Notes under the pieces: generated by a model
Told to the model about the DNA's origin: nothing
The model's database searches: none
Seen by the model: only the letters and a program-made list of their open reading frames with translations
Translations under genes and position numbers: made by a program
Assembly: GCF_006345805.1 (NCBI RefSeq)
Contig: NC_042998.1
Coordinates: forward strand, 105,152,001-105,216,000
DNA from: Octopus sinensis
Lineage: Eukaryota
DNA length: 64,000 nucleotides
Reading direction: 5' to 3'
Shown here: piece after piece, positions 51,736 through 64,000 of the stretch
How positions within the stretch are numbered: the stretch's first letter is position 1
Layout: the number at the start of each line of letters is the position of its first letter

Positions 51736-52329
51736 TCTAGGAGTATATCAATCGCATACATTATCTTTCAATCTGAAGAAAATAGCATGTGATATGAAGG
51801 AGATCTGGCTGTTATTTCAGGTAGGTCAATGACTACATAGAGACTGTCTTCATTGATATTGATTATGTTGGAGGTGATAGACTGATAAAACCATTAGAAC
51901 AGTGGATAAAATACCCTGCAATATTTATTTATGGCCCTTTACTTTCTAAGTTCAAATCCCATTTATCAGTTACGCAATGAGATTGTTTAATATAATCCAC
52001 TATACCTGCCTATCAAAAGTTTGTGACCATGTGTCAATATTAGAAATCAAAACTGGTGTTGTTTTTGTTCATGAAGTTTAATTTCAGGTGAGCCCTGACT
52101 GAGGAAGAGAATTCCATTCATGGCCATCCCATATTTTTATATATCAAGAATCACATTGTCCAATGTGCCCTTCCTTCTGAACACTGGCAGGGTATGATTT
52201 CATGAAGATTTGGCTACTATGGTTAACAAGTCAAGTGACGTGCCCCCACCTCTATCCCCATGGAGATTTCTTTGTTGGTTTGATTATTTATGTGTTGCTG
52301 CTGCAGCACTTGCTTTTGTTTGTGTGCAG

Positions 52330-52358
52330 ATGACTTGTCTGATCTTGCCATCTTTAAG
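52330..52358 (+). CDS. Candidate 29-nt internal exon (phase 1 to 0), xDLSDLAIFK
   Basis: cttgcttttgtttgtgtgcAG acceptor and AAG|GTACTT donor. Unique sequence. Phase-compatible with the exons at 60589 and 60614. Confidence 0.55.
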
Positions 52359-52560
52359 GTACTTTTGATAAATCCATCTTATACGTTTGGACTGAAACAA
52401 TTAAAGGATCAAGAAAATTTCTATCTGCACTAGCTACTATACCTACTATTTGGATTTTGTAGGATCACTAAACCAGCTAGAAATTGCAGCCAAATCTACT
52501 TTAAGTCATAACCTACAAATTAAAAATGCAGACACATTGAGTAATTTCAGTTTAGATACC

Positions 52561-52772
52561 CTCGGAGTGGTTGGCACTACACTCTCGGAGTGGTTGGCAC
52601 TACACTCTCGGAGTGGTTGGCGTTAGGAAAGACATCCAGCTGTAGAAACACTGCCAGATCAGACTGGGCCTGGCGCAGCCTTCTGGCTTCCCAGACCCCA
52701 GTTGAACCGTCCAACCCATGCTAGCATGGAAAACGGACGTTAAACAATGATGATGATGATGATGATGATGAT
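52561..52772 (+). mobile_element. Young RTE-tail insertion with a 23-bp triplicated 5' junction and putative GATACC TSD
   Basis: CTCGGAGTGGTTGGCACTACACT repeated from 52561. GATACC at 52555-52560 and 52773-52778. Confidence 0.8.
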
Positions 52773-54185
52773 GATACCATTGCATCAGAAAGCAAATCAC
52801 AGCTGGAATACCATTTTATCATAGATGTGACCATCAGGGTTAGCATAGGATTACATAACAACAACAACAACAACAACAATCCCTCCAACATCCAAATATG
52901 AAGTCAGCCAAATCGACTAACCAGTAAGCCAGCCTGGCAACCAAACCAAATAAACCAAGCCAACCAACCAATGAACCAAACAATCAAAGAAGCAATCATA
53001 AAAGCTCCCAGACATTTTCACTGTTTACAGAATCTCTTTTCTGATCTACCATTACTATAGCAATGAAAGCAACAAGTTGAACAAACTGAAAGAGAAAATG
53101 GTAAAGAGTAAAGAGGGAGTGAAAAAAAAAAGAGAAAGAAAGAGCTAGCAGGAGATCAAGTGGATGTTGGAAGTTGTTCAATAACTGATGAATAAAGAGA
53201 CAATGAAAAAGATTGACAGAGAGTGAGAGAGAGAGAGAGAGAGTGAGAGAGAAAGAGACAGACAGAGGAAAAGAGATACACACAAACACATACACATATG
53301 TACATATGTGTGTGCATATGCATATATATATATAAATATTTATACACACACACAAACATATATATATATATATATACACAAAAATATGTATGTACACATG
53401 CACACACATATATATATATATATGTTCACATACATATATACATATATATATGTATACGTATGTATATGTATATATGCATGTATGTAGTACATATGTATGT
53501 ATGTACATAAACAGACATATATGTGTGTGTATGTGTGTATAGGCACAGGAATCATTGTGTTTGGTTAAGAAGCTTCCCTTGACAACCACTTGGTTTTGGA
53601 TTCATTTTTGTTGCGCAGTACTGTGGGCCTCAGACTGAGCATGCATTATAAGTGGAATTGATGAGGAGAAACAGTAGGAGACCCAATGTATGTATGTATG
53701 TATGTATGTATGTATGTATGTATGTATGTATGTATGTATGTATGTATGTATGTATGTGTATGTATGTATGTATGTATATATACACACACACATATATATA
53801 CATATATGTATATATATATATATATGTATATATATATACACACACACTCATACATACATACATACATACATACATACATACATACATACATACATACACA
53901 CATACATACATATATATCGTCTTCATTTTGTCATTTTAACATTCACTTTTCCATGCTCACAATGGTTTGGATAGAATTCATTGGAGTAGATTTTCTACAC
54001 CTGGGTACCCTTCCTGTAGCTCACATTTATTTATTTCCAAATACAGTAATATTTCCCCCTGACCAGACATGTTTCTATGGGAGACTAGGAAAGAAGGAAG
54101 GACACTACTTGCATGATGGTGTTATCCATTTACAACTATCACACTATGTCAAGACAAAGAGATAAATATAAATACACACACAAAT

Positions 54186-54216
<31 letters not shown>

Positions 54217-54775
54217 TACATGCACACACACACATTTATGTACACATACACACATATATATGTTCACACATATATAAACTAAACTAAACTCGATCTCTTC
54301 TTGTCAGGGGTTCCAGATGAACCTACCTCTCAGCAGGAAACACAGATGTGGGCAGTGGCGTCAAACTCCCTTTTTGACCAAGTGCCACGTATCAGAGGGG
54401 TTTCACATACTAGTGTAGCACAATCAATGATGGTGCCCCAGCATGACTGCAGCTTTCGAGCTGAAACATTTTTAAGGATTTAGGAATTTATATAAGGGTA
54501 TATACATATATACATACTCTTTATTTGTGATTTAATGCTACCATTTGTTTCATGTAAGTGAAGTTCTTAACAATTAATAAGCTTCCCTCATGGAACATTT
54601 GTGTTCATCTCCATTTTGGATTGAAACATGAAAGTCATGTAAAATCAAGATAAAAATCACACAAGGTTTTGGGTAAACAAGAGCAAGACATTGGGGGAAC
54701 ATCTCTTGGATTATCATCTCTCTTGGATTTGACTTCCAGAAAAACTGAATTCATTTGAAGCTTTATCCCCCATAT

Positions 54776-55184
54776 ATAGACACAGGAATGACTGTGTGGT
54801 AAGTAGCTTGCTTACCAACCACATAGTTCTGGGTTCAGTCCCACTGCATGCCACCTTGGACAAGTGTCTTCTACTATAGCCTTGGGCCAACTAAAGCCTT
54901 GTGAGTGGATTTGGTAGACGGAAACTCAAAGAAGCCTGTCATATATATGTGTATATATATATATGTATGTGTGTGTATATGTTTATGTGTCCATGCTTGT
55001 CCCTCCAGCATCACTTGACAACCGATGCTGGTGTGTTTATGTCCAAGTAACTTAGTGGTTCGGCAAAAAAAGACTGATAGAATAAGTACTAGGCTTACAA
55101 AGAATAAGTCCTGGGGTCAATTTGCTCGACTAAAGGCGGTGCTCCAGCATGGCCACATTCAAATGACTGCAACAAGTAAAAGAA
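54776..55184 (+). mobile_element. SINE family A, full length
   Basis: Head CACAGGAATGACTGTGTGGTAAGTAGC through tail AACAAGTAAAAG. Confidence 0.9.
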
Positions 55185-55192
55185 CATAAACA

Positions 55193-55614
55193 TACTCCTT
55201 TACACTTTTATACTTTTAGTTGTTTCGGTCATTTGACTGCAGCCATGCTGGAGCACCACCTTTAGTCAAACAAATCAACCCCAGGACTTATTCTTTGTAA
55301 GCCTTGTACTTATTCTATCAGTCTCTTTTGCCGAACTGCTAAGTTACGGGGATGTAAACACACCAGCATTGGTTGCCAAGTGATGTTGGGGCGACAAACA
55401 CAGGCACACAAACATATACACACACATACATATATACATATACATATATACGACAGGCTTCTTTTAGTTTCCATCTACCAAATCCACTCACAAGGCTTTG
55501 GCCGGCCCAAAGATATAGTAGAAGACACTTGCCCACCCAAGGTGCCACGTAATGGGACTGAACCCAGAACCATGTGGTTGAGAAGCAAGCTATTTACCAC
55601 ACAGTCACTCCTGC
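55193..55614 (-). mobile_element. SINE family A, full length (tail-to-tail with the previous copy)
   Basis: Reverse-complement match to 54776-55184. Confidence 0.9.
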
Positions 55615-55854
55615 ATTAAAATTTTACTATTTAAGAATTTTTAAATGCGTGTACATAATAGTTCATATTTACACATATACGTACCTCGTTGCCAAATGTT
55701 TATCATGCTTCGGCATTAAAATTTACATATTATGAGTTTGTGTATATTCTGTGTGTGTGTGTGTGTGTGTGGGTGTGTGATTGTGTGTGTGTGTGTGTGT
55801 GTCTATGTCTGTGTCGGTGTGCATATGAGTGTGTTTGTGTGTGGTGTGTATTTA

Positions 55855-55895
<41 letters not shown>

Positions 55896-56770
55896 CACCC
55901 ATGCCAGCACGGAAGGCAGATGTTAAATAATGCTGATGATGATGCATAAATATGTCTCTTCTATTTTTTAATTATTATAAATCTACAACTGAGGAGGGAA
56001 CCAGTTTCCAACAAAGATACAAGGCTCCAGCTTTGGGATGTAGTTAACACAGACAAATTCACTTTTATGTATGTACGTATCTGTTTATGCACACACACAT
56101 GCACACACACACACACACGCAAGCATACACACATATATATATTTATACATACCAACATACATATATATACATACATATAAGCATGAATGTATGTACCTAT
56201 ATACAAAGACACTCACACAACAGTGCATGTATGATAGGAATGTCCAAGAGAACCATTATGGATTTTTTACCATAAAAGCATTAATTTCTTATTAAAGATC
56301 TCTTGTAAGTCTTCATGTTATTGAAATGTTGAAATACTGTCACACACCTTCCATGCTTTTCATTAAGATTTTGATCTCTCTCACATTCTCATTCTCTCTC
56401 TCCCTCTCCTGCTCTCTCACTATCTCTCTCTCTCTTCCCTTCTCCTTCTTTCTTACTCTTTCTTTTCCTTGTTGGTCCCTTTAAATCCCATTCATCTTTA
56501 CAGCTAATCATTTTTTTGTCTTTCTCATGACAGAATCTACTTCAGCTTTGATCTTTTCTTTCTTCATTATTTTCGCCTTCGGTGGGTATATTTCTCAATT
56601 TACTCTATCTGCTTCCTCGCATCTCACAAGGTTTCTCTTTATTTGCTATTCTCTCTCCTTCTCTCTGTCTCTCCCTGTCTCTCCCCCTTGTCTTTCATCT
56701 ACTTACATTTCTTGTCCTTTTGTCTCTTTCTTTACTCCTCCTTATTTGTCTTTACACACACACACACACA

Positions 56771-56839
<69 letters not shown>

Positions 56840-56934
56840 GTCTGTCTGTGTGTCTGTCTGTCTGTCTGTGTGTCTGTCTGTCTGTCTGTGTGTCTGTCTG
56901 TTTGTGTGTCTGTCTGTCTGTTTGTCTGTCTGTA

Positions 56935-57048
<114 letters not shown>

Positions 57049-57144
57049 AATATCCATCCATCCATCCATGCATACATACATGCATACCTACATACATACA
57101 TACATGTATGCATGCATACATACATACATACATACATACATACA

Positions 57145-57550
57145 TACCAAATGGTTCCAGGTTCAGTCTCACTACATGGCACCTGGGGCAAATGTCTTCT
57201 ACTAAAGCTTCAGACCGACCAAAGCCTTGTGAGTGGATTTGGAAGATGGAATCTGAAAAAAGCCCGTCATATATATAAGTTTGTGTATGTGTCTGAGTGT
57301 GTGTATATGTGTGTGTGTGCGCGTGCGTGCGTGTCTGTGTTTGTGTATCTGTGTTTGTCGACACCACCATTGCTTGACAACTAACGTTGGTGTGTTTACA
57401 TCACTGTAACTTAGTGGTTCAGCAAAAGAGACCAATAAGATAAGTACTAGGCTTACAAAGAATAAGTCCTAGGGTTGATTTGTTCAACTAAAGGTGGTGT
57501 TCCAGTGTGGTCACAGTCAAATGACTGAAACAAATAAAAGAAACAAAAGT
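57145..57550 (+). mobile_element. SINE family A, head slightly truncated
   Basis: Collinear with the other A copies. Confidence 0.85.
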
Positions 57551-57562
57551 ATATATATATAT

Positions 57563-57635
<73 letters not shown>

Positions 57636-57772
57636 TATATAGAGAGAGAAGGGTGAGAGAGCATGAGAGAGAGAGAGAGAAGTATGGTGATGCAAACAGG
57701 GAAAAAGAGAACTCAAATTGTGGGTTACACATGAAACTCTTGGACCTTGAGTCACTCTGTTGCTTCTGCTAC

Positions 57773-57820
<48 letters not shown>

Positions 57821-57844
57821 GTAATAATTATATATATATATATA

Positions 57845-58064
57845 TTTCTTTATTGCTCATGGGGGGCTAAACACAGAGAGGACAAACAAAGGGATTAAGT
57901 CGATTACATAAACTCCAGTGCATAACTGGTATTTATTTAAGCAGCCCCAAAAGGATGAAAGGCAAAGTCGACCTTGGCAGAATTTGAACTCAGAATGTAA
58001 CGGCAGACGAAATACCACTAAGCATTTCACCCGGCGTGCTAACAATTCTGCCAACTCGTCACCT
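57845..58064 (-). mobile_element. SINE family B, full length including 3' tail
   Basis: Reverse strand: GACGAGTTGGCAGAATTGTTAGCACGCCGG head through GCAATAAAGAAA tail. Confidence 0.9.
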
Positions 58065-58075
58065 ATATAAATATA

Positions 58076-58640
58076 TAGGGTGCAATGGGTAAGTTGTTCC
58101 CATTTTATCTTATTAATTTCACCCATGCGCATTGTTTGTTTTTGATTTTGTCAACTTCCCAGTATAGTAGGGTCAGTTGGGCACCATCTGTGAGAAAAAC
58201 ACCACCATGATGCAATTCACTCTGCCAGAAATTTGGAAACGATATGCTGTACTGCTTGGCATTCATGCCAGAAGTTCTAATATGAATATTTCAGGGTGCG
58301 TGGGTGTCAATCTGAGGACAGTGCAATCTGAGGACATGTACCGAGAGTGATAAAATCAAACATCCAGGCAATATAATGGTGTTTGGATTGATCACTAGTG
58401 ATGGAACCGTTGTCTCCATTCATCTCCATTCACATGGCCTCAGTCTCAACATGTAAGCCTACATCAAGTGCCTGGTGGAGGTAGTGCTACCCTGGATCAA
58501 GAGGGTGGTTGCTGGAGGACTCTATGTCTGGCAACAGGACTCTGCACCATACCACACAAGCAAGAGAACCCAGTCATGGCTGTCAGACAATTTCTGTGAC
58601 CACATCACCCCTAACATCTGGCCACCCAACATCTGGCATT
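58076..58640 (+). mobile_element. Tc1/mariner (maT/DD37D-like) internally deleted derivative with 5' TIR
   Basis: TA|TAGGGTGCAATGGGTAAG start. IMVFGLITSDG, YIKCLVEVVLPWIKRVVAG..YVWQQDSAP.HTSKRTQSWLSDNFCDHITPNIWPPN. Confidence 0.8.
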
Positions 58641-59385
58641 GACCATGTTCAAATGGTGCTTTTTACATTCCCCCAGCAGGGGGAGCCAGTCAGGTGGCAC
58701 TGGCATGAGTCACAACTACAATTTCCATTTTTGATTTTGATTTGATTGAGATCCTGATTGTGATTTTGATTTTGAGTTTTGATTTTACTTGACTCAGTAG
58801 GTCTCCTCAAGCATGGTGTGTCGCCCAACAATTCAAAGGTACTTTTTAAGTGAGCTGGTTATGCAACACTAGTATAGGCTATGGCTGTAATCTCACTTTA
58901 CTTGCTGGGTCTTCTGAATCACAGCATATCTCCAGAGATCTTGGTTTCTTGTCATCGCCTCTGTGAGATCCAATGTTCAAAGGTCATGCTTCACCACCTC
59001 ATCCTAGGTCTCCCTCTTCCATAGGTTCCTTCCACTGTTAAGGAGTGACACTTCTTCACACAGCTCTCCTCATCCATACACAGCGCATGACCATACCAGC
59101 ACAGTCGTCTCTCTTGCACACCACATCTGATGCTTCTAATTTCCAACATTTCTCTCAGGGCGTTTACACTCTGTTGTGTGTGCACACTGACATTACACAA
59201 CCAGTGGATCATATTAGCTTCATTTCTTTCAAGCCTGCATATATCCTCAACAGTCATGGCCCATGTTTCACTGCCGTGTAGCATGGCAGTTCACACACAT
59301 GCATTATACAGTCTACCTTTCACTCTGAGTGAGAGGCCCTTTGTCACCAGTAGAGGTAGGAGCTTTCTGAACTTTGCCCAGGCTA
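58633..59385 (-). mobile_element. RTE LINE 3' end (ORF C-terminus plus UTR)
   Basis: MLHGSETWAMTVEDICRLERNE...RRLCWYGHALCMDEESCVKKC..LTVEGTYGRGRPR (ORF 58991-59284). Confidence 0.9.
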
Positions 59386-59893
59386 GTCCAGAATTAACTA
59401 CTTATTTCAAAGAAATTGAGCAAATTGACAGAATTTTATGTTTATTACTCAATTATACTACCCAAACAAATATATTTATAAACCATACATCAAAACTTTA
59501 TGGAAAAATTTCAACATGTGTATCCCTGCAAGTTTCCAGTCTATCCTTAGTATTGTGAAACACCTTTTGAAGCATTTCAGGAGATATCTCCTGCGCTGCT
59601 AATTGAATGCTTTCTTTAAGTTCAGTTAAATTATTGCTACATCCAGAGGATGAAGGTAGAGAAAATGATTGCAGCAAAATTGTTAGAAAGCTGCTTGTAG
59701 ACAGATAAAGGAGATCCAACAGGAATGAAAATGAAATCATAAAAAAAAAATTATAAAAGTTATAAAATTATAAACAAAATTAAAAATGTATTTACTCTTA
59801 GCATATATTAAACATGATAAACATAAATAAAAGTGAGTTCTTAAAAAATTGTCCAATTTCACTGAAATAAATTGATAATTCTGGTACACTCTG
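59386..59893 (-). mobile_element. Short Tc1/mariner derivative (transposase C-terminus only)
   Basis: NNLTELKESIQLAAQEISPEMLQKVFHNTKDRLETC. TIR-like CAGAGTGTACCAGAATTA at 59893 (TA at 59894-59895) and a partial CCAGAATTA at 59388. Confidence 0.6.
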
Positions 59894-60588
59894 TATATCA
59901 TCATCATGTAATTTCCATCTTGCATACTGGCATGGCCCGGTCTCTTAAACAGGAGCCATCAAGACAGGGAACTGCATCAAACTCCAGTATTAGTCTTGTC
60001 ATAGTTTCTATTGGTGGATGCCCTTCCTTACAACAATCACTTTACTGAGTGGTCATATATTGGTGTCTGTATACTTGTGATTTTGCTTGTGTGTGCATAT
60101 GGATGAATGCATGCACATATGTACCTTCTTAAAGGAAGCATTTTTGAAATAGTGAACAAATGAAGACAATATGCGCTGTATTAATCTCAAATATCTCAAG
60201 CTGAAAGGTATTTGGTAGGGAGCATGAAATATGATAACAACAGTAGCAACAACAGTGGTGGTGGTAATGGTGGTGGTGGTGGTGATGGTGCAGTATATCA
60301 CTGCATTTACCATTTGTCAGTATTCCTCAGTGATGTGATTTCCCTCCTCTATGAATGCATTTGTGTTTGGTTAAGACTCATTCTTCACCGAATGACTTAC
60401 CACAGATATCACAATGATATGGCTTCTCTCCTGTATCAGGGGTTTGGGGTTTAGTCAAATTATTCATTACCAGAGAATAATCTCACAATAAATATCACAA
60501 TAATAGTGTGTTTTTCAAAATTCTGTGGATGTTAGTGTTTAGTTGTGTCACTATTTCCAGAGAATAATTTAATCTTTGCACCATTCAG

Positions 60589-60640
60589 GTGACAACCCTC
60601 CAATCCAACTTAGTTGGGTCTATTTGGACAGCCATTGCTG
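60589..60640 (+). CDS. Candidate internal exon (phase 0 to 1), VTTLQSNLVGSIWTAIA; alternative acceptor at 60613
   Basis: tttgcaccattcAG acceptor and CTG|GTGAGG donor. Joins in frame to the exon at 61063. Confidence 0.5.
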
Positions 60641-61062
60641 GTGAGGGTTTTACGAGGTCAGGGCATAAATCTTACTTCAAACTCTTTTACTTGACTTTTA
60701 CAGTACAAAATGGAGATGAGTCTATTCTTTGGTATGCCAGTACCCTCACAGTGATGGTTCATAATAATGGATGTAGTGTAGATGGTGTGGGCATGTTTTA
60801 CTAAAATTAGTGATGTATCTCATGAGGTATCTAATAGTGTTTAGCAATATCTCTATACATTCTGAGTTAAAAACTTGCTAATATCAGATTTCTCATTCAG
60901 CATTCACAGGCCAATAAAATATGTACCAGTCAAATACCAGGGTTGACTAAATACACAATAATATTTCCAAAACCTTGTGACTTTCTTAGAAATAAATATT
61001 ATGGCAGAGAGATAGTAGTAGTGAAATATAAGAGAATGCCGATGCTAGTTTTTGTTGTACAG

Positions 61063-61274
61063 CAAGCATGTTAATGATAGCTGCAGTATTGGTGGCTTTT
61101 GTTAATAAATATATTGAGTTTGGTGATGCTTACTTTCAGGGACCTAAGAGTAAATATTTGAATACTATCTTACACGCATCTGGTGAAGAAATTCAAAAGC
61201 CGTTTCAACAAGGAATTAACTTCACTCAACATTTTGGCCCATTAAGTTCAGGTCAAGCTGTCAGATTGTCTTAA
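61063..61274 (+). CDS. Candidate terminal coding exon: hydrophobic TM segment plus ~55-aa cytoplasmic tail
   Basis: tttttgttgtacAG acceptor. 70 open codons (ASMLMIAAVLVAFVNKYIEFGDAYFQGPKSKYLN...VRLS*) with G-rich first and A/T-rich third positions. AATAAA follows at 61455. Confidence 0.6.
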
Positions 61275-61454
61275 CATTCTTTCATATTGATTGCAGTAAG
61301 AAAGAACTCAATGGAGAAGATAGCTTCAGAGTTCTTCTGTCACAAAAAAGATTGAACGAACATAGTGGAAGACAATAATGGCTACCTGGTTTTACATCAT
61401 GAAAAGAAATAATATAAGAAAACAAATACAAACTAAACAAAAATAACAATACAA

Positions 61455-61460
61455 AATAAA
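61455..61460 (+). promoter_or_regulatory. Putative polyadenylation signal
   Basis: AATAAA ~180 nt after the TAA of the candidate terminal exon. Such hexamers are common in AT-rich DNA. Confidence 0.3.
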
Positions 61461-62195
61461 CACATTTATGTAAACTACAGATCTCATGTTTTGTTCAAGT
61501 TGGAGGAAGGGTCTGAAGGAATGTGTATCTAACTGTTTTGGCTTAAAAATCCATATTTGCCATCCTTGCAGTCCACAAAATACACATAGTCAACGTATGC
61601 TAGAAATAGCAGTCAAATCTCTCTCAAATCACATCCTACTGTCTAAGATAAAGAACACATTAAACAATGCAACCCATATATAGAAAAAGTTAAGTTGCTC
61701 ATGGCTGGGATAACTTTATTTTTAGATTCACTTGACCATAGCTGACATGGAACTAAATAACAATATTTTACACTTGCTTCTGTGCACTGACATATCTTGT
61801 ATAATGCTTGACCAATTTACCATGTTTTAGTAGGGATCATAAAGGATGGAAGTATGGTGTGGAATACTGTGGAATGGCCATTACATAGCCATTTCATTGA
61901 CATTTATGTCATATAATATGATTCACCATTAGAAATTCTTGTGCAGCCAGCTTAAATTCTTTCTATCTCCTGAAATTCTTTCCTTCTGTCTCTATACATA
62001 CATACATACATACATACATACATACATACATACATACATACACGCATATAATTTATGTATATACATGCATACACACACACACACACACACACACATACAC
62101 ACACACACACATACACACACATATATAGGGATGTTTGGCAATTTTTCTATTAATAAATAATGCAAACAGGAAAAATAGAACTCAAAATATGAGTG

Positions 62196-62243
<48 letters not shown>

Positions 62244-63062
62244 ACAAGCAACAGAGTGATTCAGGAGCCAAAAGTGTTGTGTTTGATAAGAGCTAACACA
62301 TGAAACTCTGAGCCCTTGAGTTCCTCTATTGTTTCTGATAAGTATTAATAATATATACGTGTGTGTACTATATGAACTTAGAAACACAAACACTTATTTG
62401 TATGTGTGTGTTTTTATTGCAGAGAGCAAGATATGTTAAAAAGGTTAGTCAGGAAAGCAGTCAAGTGTAAGAGGTTTGCTTATGTTGTGCAGTGAGAATG
62501 AGATGAATAAGGCATTTTGATTTCCAAGACATTATATTCATATGAATTATTATGAATCCGAATACATGTAAGGTGAAGAGTGTTCATGACAACACTTATA
62601 TGCCTGCCCTTAATAACATTGTAATGAAACATCATGGAAGTGTCACTATAAGAGGGTATTAAATGGAAATAGAGGAAACTTAACCCAAGGAGGAAAGCAG
62701 CCGCATAAAAGGTGACAGTTATAGGTGTTAACAGAAGTATTGTTAGACAGGCAATTAAGGATATGAAGTCAGGGAAAACTGCAGGTCATTTAATGATATT
62801 TGCTGAGAGGTGGAAAGCATTATATGTTATGTAGGTGCTTTTGTTGTTATTCAAGTAGCAGTAGTCATAGTAATAGTAGTAGAAGTCGTGGTGCTGATGA
62901 TGTTGGTGGTGGTGGTGTTAGTATTAGTAATAGTAGTAGTGGTGGTGGTGGTGGTGGTGGTAGCAGTAGCAGTAGTACTAACAGTCGTAAATGAAATATT
63001 GAAGAAACAGTTCCTCTGTCATGTGTTTATATTTTATTGTTTTTTTTTGTGGGGCTGAAGTA

Positions 63063-63911
63063 CAGGGTGTTTCAAAAAATTTGATATCATTTCGCAATCT
63101 AATAACATTGCCAGTTAGTGTTTAAATGGCTTCAAATTTTAACAGCATGTGTTTATCTTTTCAGGTATAGAAATATCATTCACTGGAAGGAAGAGAAAAG
63201 GCATTTTGTGCGTTGGAGTATGCTCGAACACAGCTGAATAAGACTGTGCAGCATGCATTTGTGAGAGAGTTCTCTAAAAAGTCATCAATAGCAATGTAGA
63301 TTTAGACATGACATAAAAAATTCAAAGAAGAAGGCTGTCTGTGCAAGTCAAAAGAATATGGACGACCACTAACATCAGAAGAGACGGTTGAGCAGGTTCA
63401 CCAGAAACTCTTGCAAAACCCCAAAAAGTCCATAAGAAGAACAAATCTGGAAACCCAGATTCCTCCAATGACAGTTCGGTACGTCCTGAGGAAATGCAAT
63501 GAAACCCTACAGGCTACAGCTCATTCCGACCATAACAGCAGATGACAAGTGAAAATGCAAACATGGGGCTATGTGAATGGCCTGGTTTATGTCCCCAATC
63601 TTCCTGCAAACTTAGAGGAACTCAAGCAGAGAATCACTACCACACTGGAGACTGTTACCCAAGACATGCTGCAGCGTGTTTGAGAGGAGCTGGACTACTA
63701 ACTTGATGTATACCATGTCTCAGGCGGTGCACATATTGAACATTTGTGAAATCGTTCATAGAATCCACATACCTTTGAATTTTTCATTCAAATTTGGAGA
63801 AATAAATCTTATGTTGCTCAACATTAAGCCTGTTTTGTTTCATTTGCTTTGACTATGTAGTTTCTGTGATATTTACAACTCAAATGATATAAACATTTTT
63901 GAAACACCCTG
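63063..63911 (+). mobile_element. Tc1/mariner element, internally deleted, TIRs intact
   Basis: TA|CAGGGTGTTTCAAAAA ... TTTTTGAAACACCCTG. N-terminal HTH region (KAFCALEYART..KTVQHAFVREFSKK, GRPLTSEETVEQV, KPYRLQL) is fused directly to WGYV..LVYVP.LPANLEELKQRI, so the catalytic core is missing. Confidence 0.9.
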
Positions 63912-64000
63912 CATATATGATTACATATTTAGTAGCTACACTGTCCCAGATGTGGAAGCAATATTTCCTTATGGGTTTCATTTAAGCTTTGCAAAGAGTT

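Noticed and set aside
54301-54483. 60-aa ORF MSGVPDEPTSQQ...
   Set aside because: Its 3' part matches the reverse complement of 28689-28745 and ends in a TTAAGGA-type repeat tail, so it is a repeat, not an exon
61130-61190. Minus-strand microexon-like signals (AG-GTCCCTGAAA-GTAAGC; AG-ATGCGT-GTAAGA)
   Set aside because: They lie antisense to a 70-codon frame with coding-type base periodicity; chance in AT-rich DNA is more likely

Overview
AT-rich, microsatellite-saturated animal genomic DNA. The repeat content and composition suggest an octopus/cephalopod genome; this is inference, not a database match. Nearly all ORFs in the supplied track are artefacts of (TA)n, (CA)n, (TACA)n, (TAGA)n and trinucleotide repeats. 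The window is dominated by decayed mobile elements. These include two abundant tRNA-derived SINE families, many 5'-truncated RTE LINE ends (some with a 66-bp tandem array in the 3' UTR), a BovB-type RTE, CR1-group LINE remnants, two lineages of Penelope-like RT remnants, Tc1/mariner deletion derivatives and a hAT-like MITE. The most striking signal is several unrelated short fold-back elements sitting in (TA)n tracts, each carrying a type-I hammerhead ribozyme motif; one has an intact core (3531-3612, minus strand). A plausible 3' end of a plus-strand membrane-protein gene (small exons at about 47.4, 52.3, 60.6 and 61.1 kb) suggests much of the window may be intronic. No rRNA, true tRNA gene or CRISPR array was found.
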